DNA of 64,000 nt, taken from the NCBI GenBank assembly GCA_039630085.1, contig JBCNVM010000004.1:32001-96000 (forward strand), written 5' to 3'. The notes below the pieces were generated by a model, which saw only the letters and a list, made by a program, of their open reading frames with translations, had not been told where the DNA came from and ran no database searches. Positions 1 to 8,671 of this stretch are shown piece after piece (within the stretch, counting starts at the first letter, position 1; each line of letters opens with the position of its first letter). The position numbers were made by a program, and so were the translations under genes. This stretch comes from Candidatus Caldarchaeales archaeon (GTDB taxonomy: Archaea > Thermoproteota > Nitrososphaeria_A > Caldarchaeales > Calditenuaceae).

Positions 1-542
1 TGGCCTCCGGCCCTGTGCTTCCCTGGAACGCCAGACGTGTAGACCTTGAGCTCCACGACCTTTCGCCCCTTCAGGACCGCGACGGCCGCCTCCTCGTTGT
101 CTATCACCAGAACTCCGTAGACGTCCCTCTCTTTCAGGAGGTCCCTGAGGGGCTCGAGGTAGAACTTGCTGTCGCACCTGTAGAGGAAGAGGTTGAGCGG
201 CTCGGGCGGGACGACGTCGTAGACCTCGACCTTCTCCTCGCCGGGCCCTCCGTAGGAGATCGCGCCGCTGAAGATGATGAGGCCGTTGGGCCCGACCTCC
301 CTGTAGAGCTTTAGCCTCTGGATTGCGCTCTCGATCGCGGACATTACGTTCTTCCTCGTGCTCTTCGACTTGATGTTCGCGGCGGTCGAGTACTCCTGTC
401 TGAGGTAGCCTATGACCTCGTCGACCCTCTTGCCCGGAGGTATGTAGAGCGAGACGAGCTCGGTACCCCTCCCCTCCTTCCGCTCCAGCTCCTCGATGAA
501 CCGCTTGAACTTGTAGACCGATACGGAGTCCCTTCCGGACAC
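1..542 (-). CDS. prf1: Peptide chain release factor aRF1 (5' part, runs off window edge)
   Basis: Manual translation from GTG at 542: MSGRDSVSVYKFKRFIEELERKEGRGTELVSLYIPP...AANIKSK...YRCDSKF...GKHRAGG(Q). Contains the NIKS, YxCxxxF and GGQ motifs. Not in ORF track. Confidence 0.95.
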   Translation of the reverse strand, partial: MSGRDSVSVYKFKRFIEELERKEGRGTELVSLYIPPGKRVDEVIGYLRQEYSTAANIKSKSTRKNVMSAIESAIQRLKLYREVGPNGLIIFSGAISYGGPGEEKVEVYDVVPPEPLNLFLYRCDSKFYLEPLRDLLKERDVYGVLVIDNEEAAVAVLKGRKVVELKVYTSGVPGKHRAGG

Positions 543-645
543 GAGCGATCACCCTGACGCACGCTAGGCGACTGTTCCGTCAGCCGGTGCCGACCCGAGA
601 GGGCCTGACGACTTCACGGCACCTCCTCTTGGCGCCGGCGGAGAC

Positions 646-652
646 TAATAAA
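646..652 (-). promoter_or_regulatory. Candidate TATA box (TTTATTA) upstream of aRF1 leader
   Basis: Only AT-rich element in the 543-706 intergenic region; about 105 nt upstream of the aRF1 start. Confidence 0.5.
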
Positions 653-706
653 GGTAGAAGGACGGCTCCCGTCGCTGCTAACGGGAAGACCGGAGGTAAA
701 GTGTCC

Positions 707-1522
707 TCACGGGCGCGACCTTGAGGACCTGAAGGGGGCCCTTTTGAACGTCGAGGCGTCCGGGCTCGAGGATACCCGGAGCACCCTGACAGGCGGGGAC
801 TCGAGCGCCGCCGCGGGTTCCGAGAGGAACGACCTCAGGTGCCTGACGGACGCGAAGTAGACGTCGCCTGCGGTCGGTGGGACGTAGGACGCGACAACCA
901 GCGGCACGAGCCGCACCTGCGTCCGGCCTTCCCCGAGGAGGTGGAGCAGGGCGCGCTCCAGAGCGTCGAGCTTCTTGAGGAGCTCCGCGGAGACCCTCCT
1001 CATCAGCGAAGGTGTGAGGGTCCTGCGCCACCTCTTGCACTCGACCGCGTAGACGGCTCCGCTCCCGACTGCCAGCAGGTCGAACTGATACCTCCTCGCC
1101 CCGAAGTTGAGCCTCACGTCCCACAGCACTTCTAGGCCCGACCTCCTCAGGAGCCTCCCGATCGCCCTCTCGAAGAGCGTCCACCTGAGGCCCTCGAGGA
1201 GCCGATCCGATCCTGCGGACCTCAGGAGAAGGCCCTCGACCAAGCCGAGGAGCTCGTCGTCGTTCAGGGCTCCGGCTTCCACGCCCCACCTCTTCAGAAC
1301 GGCCCTCGCCACCGCTGTCGCGACGCCGGCGCGCTCCGCTACGTTCTGCTCGTCCACCGTCAAGCCCTTCTCGATCGCGTCCATCACCCCTTTCAGGACT
1401 CTCGCCTCGACCTTGGGAGTGACCGGGGGCTCCTCATCGTAGCTGACGTCAGCTGATGGGACGTCCGGCATCTCTTCGCTGGAGGTCCTAAGAGAATTGG
1501 GGCGCGGGTCCGGAGGCGACAC
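707..1522 (-). CDS. PD-(D/E)XK (Mrr/NERD-like) nuclease-fold protein with N-terminal HTH-like segment
   Basis: WTLFERAIGRLL...QFDLLAV...AVECKRW matches the E..D..ExK catalytic pattern. Confidence 0.7.
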   Translation of the reverse strand: MSPPDPRPNSLRTSSEEMPDVPSADVSYDEEPPVTPKVEARVLKGVMDAIEKGLTVDEQNVAERAGVATAVARAVLKRWGVEAGALNDDELLGLVEGLLLRSAGSDRLLEGLRWTLFERAIGRLLRRSGLEVLWDVRLNFGARRYQFDLLAVGSGAVYAVECKRWRRTLTPSLMRRVSAELLKKLDALERALLHLLGEGRTQVRLVPLVVASYVPPTAGDVYFASVRHLRSFLSEPAAALESPPVRVLRVSSSPDASTFKRAPFRSSRSRP

Positions 1523-1529
1523 GAGCCGT

Positions 1530-2513
1530 TCACTCGATTCGGGCTAGCGCCGAGACGACCTCGATCCAAGCGTCGCCGACGTTCTGGGGGTCGTAACCAC
1601 CTCCGCCGAGTGCGAGGATCCTGCCGCCGCACTTCTCCTCCGAAAGCTCCACGAGAGACCTCGCCGCGAACCTGTGAGCCTCCTTCGAGTAACGGAGGTT
1701 AGTGAGCGGGTCCCCAGCGAGGCCGTCGGCGCCGCACTGAAGGACGACTAAGTCGAACTCGAAGCCCTTCAGGAACTCGATCCCCCTCTCGAAGCTCCTG
1801 AAGAACTCCCTGTCGCCGGCCCCGGGCGGGAGCGGGACGTTCATCTTCTTCCCGAGCGCCTCGCCCTTCCCCTTCTCGTACTCGAAGCCGGTCCCGGGGT
1901 AGAGCGTCCTGCCGTCCTGATGGATGTCGAAGAAGATCACGCGCGGGTCGTCCTCGAACTCGTAGTAGACGCCGTCGCCGTGGTGAGCGTCGATGTCCAC
2001 GTACGCGATCGACCTGTAACCGAGAAACCTAAACGCGTACTCCATCGCGACGCCGATGTCGTTGAAGATGCAGAACCCGCCGGCGGAGCTCCTCATCGCG
2101 TGGTGAAGGCCTCCTATCGGGCTGAAGGCCCTCCTGACTTTGCCCTGGGCGATCGACCTGAGGAGCTTGAGGGTCGTGCCGACGACAGTACTGGCGCTCT
2201 TGAAGCAGTTCGGGTACGCGGGGGTGTCACCGTAGTCGAGGTACCTGACGTTCGAGCCGGGTGAGCAGGCCGCCTTCACGAACTTGACGTACTCGGGCGC
2301 GTGGAAGAGCGTGAGATCCTCCTCCCTGCATTCCTCCGGCTCGACCAGCTCGAACAGGTCCCCGTGCCTCGAGAGGAGCTCCTTGAACTTCGCCTCGAAG
2401 ACGCTCGTCCTTATCCTGTTGAACGGGTGATAGGCGCCGAAGCCGTAGCTGAAGAGCTGCTCGCCGTACCCGATCTGAATTCTCTCCGGGGGCATTCCCT
2501 GGATCTCGTCCAC
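1530..2513 (-). CDS. Histone deacetylase / AcuC-family Zn-dependent deacetylase
   Basis: GGLHHA, GFCIFND, YVDIDAHHGDG, GADGLAGDPL and GGGGY motifs. Confidence 0.93.
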   Translation of the reverse strand: MDEIQGMPPERIQIGYGEQLFSYGFGAYHPFNRIRTSVFEAKFKELLSRHGDLFELVEPEECREEDLTLFHAPEYVKFVKAACSPGSNVRYLDYGDTPAYPNCFKSASTVVGTTLKLLRSIAQGKVRRAFSPIGGLHHAMRSSAGGFCIFNDIGVAMEYAFRFLGYRSIAYVDIDAHHGDGVYYEFEDDPRVIFFDIHQDGRTLYPGTGFEYEKGKGEALGKKMNVPLPPGAGDREFFRSFERGIEFLKGFEFDLVVLQCGADGLAGDPLTNLRYSKEAHRFAARSLVELSEEKCGGRILALGGGGYDPQNVGDAWIEVVSALARIE

Positions 2514-2542
2514 CTAAGGTACTGATATCCTTTGGCGAGGCC

Positions 2543-3022
2543 TCAGATCATCCTGCGCAGGAGCTCGTTGATGGCCGTTCCCCGGTACCCGGCCTCGCCC
2601 TTGTCGGCGTACATCCTCTTGGTGCTCCTCCTGTAACCTCCTTTGGGCGGGTGGAGCCTGAAGTAGGGCTTGAGGTGGCTGAAGAGCTCCCCTATCTGTA
2701 TCTCGCCCGACACGACCTTCCTCGCCAGCTCGAGCTCGTCCCTGCAGCCCAGCTTGGAGAGCGCCTCCGAGAGCGGCGCGCGGTCCCAAGTCTCGGCCCT
2801 CTTCCTGAACAGCCTCGCGAGCACCTCGGGGTCCGGCTCGCCCCAGGTGACGTAGGGCGCGACCTTGTTGAGCATTCCTAGGTGCGAGGGGTCGGCCCTC
2901 ACGAGCGAGGCCCACTGGCTCCTCCTCAGGTGCATCAGCCTGAGGGTGTACTCTACCTCCTCGCTGAGGCCCGAGGGCCCCCTAAGCCTGACCACGAGGT
3001 AGCACTTCGCGGAGCCCTCCAA
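2543..3022 (-). CDS. rpl30: 50S ribosomal protein uL30
   Basis: VVRLRG, TLRLMHL, YVTWGE, FRLHPPKGG, INELLRRM; TTG start at 3022 follows an SD-like GAGGTGGTG. Confidence 0.93.
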   Translation of the reverse strand: MEGSAKCYLVVRLRGPSGLSEEVEYTLRLMHLRRSQWASLVRADPSHLGMLNKVAPYVTWGEPDPEVLARLFRKRAETWDRAPLSEALSKLGCRDELELARKVVSGEIQIGELFSHLKPYFRLHPPKGGYRRSTKRMYADKGEAGYRGTAINELLRRMI

Positions 3023-3033
3023 GCGCCACCACC

Positions 3034-3657
3034 TCAGGCCTTCCAAGTGGCGGGGAGGACGAACTTCAGCGTGTTCTTCAGGGCGACGTACGTCGCGCCG
3101 GCCATGCTCAACGGCGTCCTCGTCTCGCCGAAGGTCCTCGTCCAGCAGTCCCCGACCCCGGCCAGCCTCAGGATCGTCTTCGCGATGTCGCCCGCCACCA
3201 GCCCCAGCCCCCTCGGCCCCGGAAGGACCTCGATCTCGACGCTACCGTACTTCCCCTTGACCCGCGTGATGAGGCTGTGGGGCTCGCCGCACGCGCACTC
3301 CCAGCTCCCGCACCCCCTGACGACGTGGGAGAGGTTCATCTTCGCCCTCATCGTCGCCTTCTCGATCGCCATCACTACATGTGTCGACTTCCCGACGCCG
3401 AGGCCCACGTAGCCGTCCCTGTTCCCCACCGCGACGATCGCCCTATAGCTCGACCTCTCCCCGGCGTCGGTCTGCCTCTGGACCATCTGGATGTCGATCA
3501 CCTCCTGCTCGATGTTGGGGATCAGGTAGTCGACGATCTCGGGCTCTGTGATCCTGTAGTGGTTCGCTATCAGCTCCTCGATCGAGCTTATCCTGCCCGA
3601 CTTGACGAGTTGGCCCACCTTCGTCCTCGGCGTCCACGTCTCCAGCAATTCTTTCAC
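3034..3657 (-). CDS. rps5: 30S ribosomal protein uS5
   Basis: WTPRTKVG, QTDAGE, VGNRDGYVGLG, RGCGSWEC, PRGLGLVAG. Confidence 0.97.
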   Translation of the reverse strand: MKELLETWTPRTKVGQLVKSGRISSIEELIANHYRITEPEIVDYLIPNIEQEVIDIQMVQRQTDAGERSSYRAIVAVGNRDGYVGLGVGKSTHVVMAIEKATMRAKMNLSHVVRGCGSWECACGEPHSLITRVKGKYGSVEIEVLPGPRGLGLVAGDIAKTILRLAGVGDCWTRTFGETRTPLSMAGATYVALKNTLKFVLPATWKA

Positions 3658-3705
3658 TATTCGACCTGCGGGTCTTTTTAAGCCTAAACCAACGCGGTCC
3701 GGAGG

Positions 3706-5952
3706 TCAGCCCGAGCTCAGCCTGTAGGGCAGGTAGACGCTGGCGTGGTAAACGACGCAGGACCTGACCAGCTTCCCGATCTCCTCGGTCTCCGCCTGTA
3801 CCTGTATCCCCGGGAGGACCCAACCCTCGGAGAAGTCGACTACGTAGAGCGCGTAGGCGAACCTTCTCGGGTCGTGAAGTCTGAGCAGGCCCTTGACCGA
3901 GTCGGCGACCCTCGCGAGCTGTCCGTCCTCGAGGTAATTGGACTTCAGCCTCCTCATCCACGGCGAGGTCCTGAGGACGACGATGTCCGAGAACGCGGCC
4001 GCGTCGGCGACCCACTCCGCTTGCTCCGTCAGCGGGTCGATCCCGTCGAAGACCAGCATCGCCCTTCCGGCCCTCCTCCTCAGCTCGGCAAGCAGCTCGA
4101 TCGCGGTCGGGTTGAACCTCCAAGCGCCGTCCCTATGTTCATACTCCGTGATCACGTAGAGTCCGTCGAACCCCACGTCCCTCATCAGGGAGACGGCCCT
4201 TTCAGCGATCAGCGCCGCGAGCGTGATGTTTTGCTGATCCAGCTTGGCCGTGAAGTCGATGAGGTCTCCTCTGACCGATTGAGGATAGGTCGACTCGAGG
4301 AGCTGGGTCGTGAAGCCCTGAACTCCGTAACTCACCAGAGGCCTCCCCCGGTGCGCGTAGATCCCCAGGAGGACCTTCAGCCCGAGCCCCTTGAGCGACC
4401 TGACGGACGATGCCAGCTTCGAGAGGTCCCAGTCGTCCCTTCCTATCCTGAACTTCACGTGCGGGTCCAGCTCGATCTCCTTTCGGCCGTCGTACAGGAG
4501 GAAGAGGTCCAGCCCGAAGGGTATCGCGACCGAGGTCGGCCTTCCGGCCCTCTCGATCAGCTTGAGGTCCGGCGACCCGTCGGGGAGGAAGAACGAGTCC
4601 GGCCCCTCCACGACCGCGATCCTCTCGCCGTCGCAGCTCAAGTTCACGCCCCTTGGCGCGGGGACCACTAGGGCAGCGGCGATCAGCACCGTCAGCATCG
4701 ACGCCACCCCGAACCTCCTGACGAGCTCCGCGTCGAACTTGGCGCCGATGACCTCGAACAGCCCCAACCTGACGAACTGCCATCCCGCCAGTACCGCGGC
4801 TAGAACCAGGAGTGTCCCGGCGATCCCCACGTCGATCGGCGCAGTAGGCGAGACCCTGCCGAGGGAGTCGACCGAGAACCCGGTGAGGTTCGCGACGTAC
4901 ACGAGGAACAGTACCGCCGCCCCGTTCAGGATCGCGATCGATCCCCACATCCTTCTCCCCGTCCCCTCTGGGTCCATTGAGGCTGCGACGAAGGCGACAG
5001 GCATCAGCCACAGCAGGTACTGGACGTTCACCTTCGTCGAGCAGGCCAGGAACACCGCGATCATCGCCGTCGAGCGCTTCACGACCCCTGCCGCGTCCGG
5101 GATTCCCTCCCTCGCGTACCTCGAGAGCAGCCTCGCGTACAGCGCCGCCAGCAGTGCCAGAGACGCCGCGGACGAGAGCTCCTTCCCGAGGAAAGGGTAG
5201 ATCAGGGCCCAGTAGGTGAACTGGCCGACGTTCGACGCGTGGTAAAGCAGCTTCCCCAGGAAGCTCAGCGGCGCGTCCGCGAAGAACGGCATCGAGAGCG
5301 CGACCGGGACGCCGATCGCAGCCACGAGGTGGCCGATCACCGCGCTGCCGAACCGCTCGCGTCTGACCGTCTGAATGTGGATCGCCGTGACCGGCAGGAG
5401 CAGAACCGGGAAGAGCTTCGTCGCGACGCCTAGGCCCAGCATCGCCCCGGAGGCCATGAACCTCCCCTTGATCAAGAGCTCGAGCGCCACCAGCGCGAAC
5501 AGCACCGCGATCGAATCGAACATGCCCCAGACGCCGGAGATGAAGACCCCGATCGGGTTGAGGGCGTACGCGATAGCGAGGAGCTGGGACCTCCGCTCTC
5601 CGACCCCTACCGCCCTGGAGAGCCTGTAGACCCAGACGGCCACCAAGACGTCGGCGATTATGATCGGCGCCTTGATCGCGCCGACGGCCGCCCAGACCGG
5701 GGCCGAGTGGGCCCCTGAGGCCGCGTAGGCCGCCGCGACGACCAGGAGCCAGATCGGAGGGTAGCTATAGAACCCCCAAGGGAACTGGGGTATCTCGGAG
5801 ACCGTGTAGACGTTCCAGTGACCGCTCACGAAGAGCTCCGCGGTGCGGAGCCAGACGTACACGTCCCAGGGATGGCCGGTCACCGGTGCGAAGGCCGACC
5901 TTACGGCCAGCCCCGCGATGAGCGAGCCGACCAGCGCGGCTCGGCCCCGCAT
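3706..5952 (-). CDS. GT87/PIG-M-like polytopic membrane glycosyltransferase fused to a C-terminal TIM-barrel-like domain
   Basis: GHPWD, YSYPP, KAPIIIAD, LNP..SGVWGMFDS, ATKLFP and NVQYLLW motifs plus many TM helices, followed by about 300 soluble residues with KVLLGI and GFDGLYV. Start placed at ATG 5952. Confidence 0.75.
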   Translation of the reverse strand: MRGRAALVGSLIAGLAVRSAFAPVTGHPWDVYVWLRTAELFVSGHWNVYTVSEIPQFPWGFYSYPPIWLLVVAAAYAASGAHSAPVWAAVGAIKAPIIIADVLVAVWVYRLSRAVGVGERRSQLLAIAYALNPIGVFISGVWGMFDSIAVLFALVALELLIKGRFMASGAMLGLGVATKLFPVLLLPVTAIHIQTVRRERFGSAVIGHLVAAIGVPVALSMPFFADAPLSFLGKLLYHASNVGQFTYWALIYPFLGKELSSAASLALLAALYARLLSRYAREGIPDAAGVVKRSTAMIAVFLACSTKVNVQYLLWLMPVAFVAASMDPEGTGRRMWGSIAILNGAAVLFLVYVANLTGFSVDSLGRVSPTAPIDVGIAGTLLVLAAVLAGWQFVRLGLFEVIGAKFDAELVRRFGVASMLTVLIAAALVVPAPRGVNLSCDGERIAVVEGPDSFFLPDGSPDLKLIERAGRPTSVAIPFGLDLFLLYDGRKEIELDPHVKFRIGRDDWDLSKLASSVRSLKGLGLKVLLGIYAHRGRPLVSYGVQGFTTQLLESTYPQSVRGDLIDFTAKLDQQNITLAALIAERAVSLMRDVGFDGLYVITEYEHRDGAWRFNPTAIELLAELRRRAGRAMLVFDGIDPLTEQAEWVADAAAFSDIVVLRTSPWMRRLKSNYLEDGQLARVADSVKGLLRLHDPRRFAYALYVVDFSEGWVLPGIQVQAETEEIGKLVRSCVVYHASVYLPYRLSSG

Positions 5953-6043
5953 CGTCACGTTCAGCGACGGGCTCAATATAAGTGGAATTCGCTCGTCCCC
6001 CAGGCGGTAAAGCTTAATCACTCTCGAGCGGTAGGAGGTTTGG

Positions 6044-8617
6044 ATGCAGCTGAAGCTCACCGACGTTCTCGCGCCCACGCAGCCAGGTGCCGTCAGGCAC
6101 GAGTCCCCCCGCTCAGAGAGAGCGTGGCCGGAGAACCTCAGGTTCCTGCTCTCGGCGGCGTACGACGGCTCCAGGGGTAAGGCCTATCTGAAGCTCTACA
6201 ACCCACACACTAGGAAGGTCGAGCTCCTCGAGGACAACACGGGCCACCTGCCCTACTGTCACACCGACCTCGGTGAGCCGGAGCTGCGGGCGGCCCTGAA
6301 GGAGACCGCCGAGAGGGTTGTCGGGTTCGAGAGGGTCAGGCTCTTCGACGCGCTCAGGCAGCAGGAGAGGACCATGACGAAGGTGATCGCGAAGGACCCG
6401 CTGACGATCGGCGGTAGGGCTTATTCGGTGAGGGAGAGGGTGACGGCCTGGGAGGCGGACATCCCGTATCACCTGAACTACTTGATGGACAGGGGCCTGA
6501 TCGTCGGAGCTCCCTACCTCCTCGGGAACGACGGCCAGCTCACGATGTACACCATGGAGATGGCGGAAGCGGTCTCGATCGCCAGAAGGCTGAAAGGCGT
6601 CGAGGAGAGGGACGTCGAGCTCGTCGCGGACTGGATACGGCTCCTCGAGGCAGAACAGCCCGACTTACCGGTCTGCGGGATCGACATCGAGGTCGCGAAC
6701 CCGATAGCCACGAGGGTCCCCGATCCCTCCAAGGCCGAGGACAAGGTCGTCGCGGTCGCGATTCGGGGCTCCGACGGAAGGAAGGACGTCCACATCTTGG
6801 TCGAGGCTGCCGAGCGGTCGGTGATCGAGGGCGACGGCTACAGGACGATAGCCCACGGATCGGAGCGCGAGATGCTCGAGGAGGTCTTCGAGGTGCTGGA
6901 CAGCGAGTACGCGGTGATCGCGACCTTCAACGGAGACGACTTCGACCTCCCGTACCTCCGGAACAGGGCCGAGAGGCTCGGAATACCCAGGGAGAGGGTC
7001 CCGATAGTCCTCGGCCGCGAGGGCGCGACCTTCGTGAGGGCGGTCCACGTCGACCTTTACGCGTTCTTCCTCAACAAGTCGATCCAGATCTACGCCTTCG
7101 ACAACAAGTACAGGGAGTTCACGCTAGAGGGGATCTCTCAGGCCCTGCTCGGGAAGGGGAAGGTGAAGATCGAGGAGCCGATCTCGTCACTCTCGGCCGT
7201 AAAGCTCGCGGAGTACTGCATGAACGACGCCGAGCTCGTCTACAACCTCCTCACCTTCGAGGACAGGCTCGTCCTGAGGCTGATGATGGTCCTCTGCAGG
7301 ATCAGCAGGCTTCCCGTCGAGGACCTCTGCAGGCACGGCGTCTCGGGTTGGATCAAGAACCTGCTCTACTTCGAGCACAGGAGGAAGGGCTGGCTGATCC
7401 CCAGGAAGGAGGAGATCCTCGAGGTCAAGGGAGGGACTGTCACGAAGGCCGTCATCGAGGGGAAGAAGTACAGGGGGGCGATCGTCGTCGACCCCGCGCC
7501 CGGGATCCACTTCGACGTGAAGGTCGTCGACTTCGCGTCGCTGTACCCGTCCGTCCTCGCCCGTTGGAACCTGAGCTACGAGACCATCAGGTGCCCCCAC
7601 GAAGAGTGCACGAGGAACTTGGTCCCGGAGACGCCCCACTGGGTCTGCACCAAGAACAGGGGCCTCCAGAGCTCGATCATAGGTGCCCTGAAGGAGGTGA
7701 GGGTCGGCCTCTACAAGCCCCGTAGCTCCGACAGGAGCCTCCCCGAGGGCCAGAGGAGGTGGTACGACGTGGTCCAGAAGGCGACGAAGGTCTTCCTTAA
7801 CGCCTCGTACGGCGTCTTCGGGTTCGAGGAGTTCCCGCTCTACTGCCCGCCCCTCGCCGAGAGCACCGCCGCGATCGGCAGGTACGTCTTCAAGTCCGCG
7901 ATAGAGAAGGTCAGGGAGCTGGGCGCGACCGTGGTTTACGGCGACACCGACTCGCTCTTCCTCAAGGGCGCGGACGGCGCGATCCTCGAGAGGCTGATCA
8001 GGTGGGCGGCGACGGACCTCGGACTCGACCTCGAGCCCGACAAGGAGTACGTTTACATCGTCTTCTCGTTAAGGAAGAAGAACTACCTGGGCCTGACGTC
8101 AAAGGGGGTAGTCGATGTCAAGGGTCTGACCGGGAAGAAGAGGCACATCCCGGACTTCATCAGGGAGGCCTTCAACTCGATGCTCCAGGAGCTCGCCAAC
8201 GTCAGGACCCCGGAGGACCTTGAGACCGTGAAGAGGCACATCGCGGACCTCATCAAGACGTGGCACAGGAAGCTGAGGAAGAGGGAGTTCGAGCTGGGCG
8301 AGCTCGCGTTCAGCGTGATGCTCTCCAAGCAGCCCGAGAGCTACACCGAGACGACGCCTCCACACGTGAAGGCCGCGAAGATCCTGCAGCAGCACGGCGT
8401 CCAGGTCACCTCTGGGGACATAATCAGGTACGTGAAGACCAAGGACAAGGTCGGCGTCGCGCCCCTTCACCCGAGCGTCAGGGTATCCAAGGACCAGATC
8501 GACGTCGAGAAGTACATCGAGTACATGAGGTCGACGTTCGAGCAGGTCCTCGACAGCCTCGACATGGACTTCGACGTGATCGTCGGGGTCGGGAGCCTAG
8601 AGCAGTTCTTCGCCTGA
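6044..8617 (+). CDS. polB: Family B DNA polymerase (PolB1-type)
   Basis: Exonuclease motifs DIEV, FNGDDFD, YCMND; polymerase motifs DFASLYPS, KVFLNASYG, YGDTDS, KKNY; no intein. Confidence 0.97.
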   Translation: MQLKLTDVLAPTQPGAVRHESPRSERAWPENLRFLLSAAYDGSRGKAYLKLYNPHTRKVELLEDNTGHLPYCHTDLGEPELRAALKETAERVVGFERVRLFDALRQQERTMTKVIAKDPLTIGGRAYSVRERVTAWEADIPYHLNYLMDRGLIVGAPYLLGNDGQLTMYTMEMAEAVSIARRLKGVEERDVELVADWIRLLEAEQPDLPVCGIDIEVANPIATRVPDPSKAEDKVVAVAIRGSDGRKDVHILVEAAERSVIEGDGYRTIAHGSEREMLEEVFEVLDSEYAVIATFNGDDFDLPYLRNRAERLGIPRERVPIVLGREGATFVRAVHVDLYAFFLNKSIQIYAFDNKYREFTLEGISQALLGKGKVKIEEPISSLSAVKLAEYCMNDAELVYNLLTFEDRLVLRLMMVLCRISRLPVEDLCRHGVSGWIKNLLYFEHRRKGWLIPRKEEILEVKGGTVTKAVIEGKKYRGAIVVDPAPGIHFDVKVVDFASLYPSVLARWNLSYETIRCPHEECTRNLVPETPHWVCTKNRGLQSSIIGALKEVRVGLYKPRSSDRSLPEGQRRWYDVVQKATKVFLNASYGVFGFEEFPLYCPPLAESTAAIGRYVFKSAIEKVRELGATVVYGDTDSLFLKGADGAILERLIRWAATDLGLDLEPDKEYVYIVFSLRKKNYLGLTSKGVVDVKGLTGKKRHIPDFIREAFNSMLQELANVRTPEDLETVKRHIADLIKTWHRKLRKREFELGELAFSVMLSKQPESYTETTPPHVKAAKILQQHGVQVTSGDIIRYVKTKDKVGVAPLHPSVRVSKDQIDVEKYIEYMRSTFEQVLDSLDMDFDVIVGVGSLEQFFA

Positions 8618-8671
8618 GGGTGCCGGTCTCCGGTATATCTTCAGGCGCTCCGAAAAAGACCAGGTGATCAC

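Noticed and set aside
585-625. CTGACGA and GAGA-tetraloop hairpin resembling a hammerhead core or SRP helix 8
   Set aside because: No GAAA strand for a hammerhead and no AGCA loop for helix 8; kept only as part of the aRF1 leader finding
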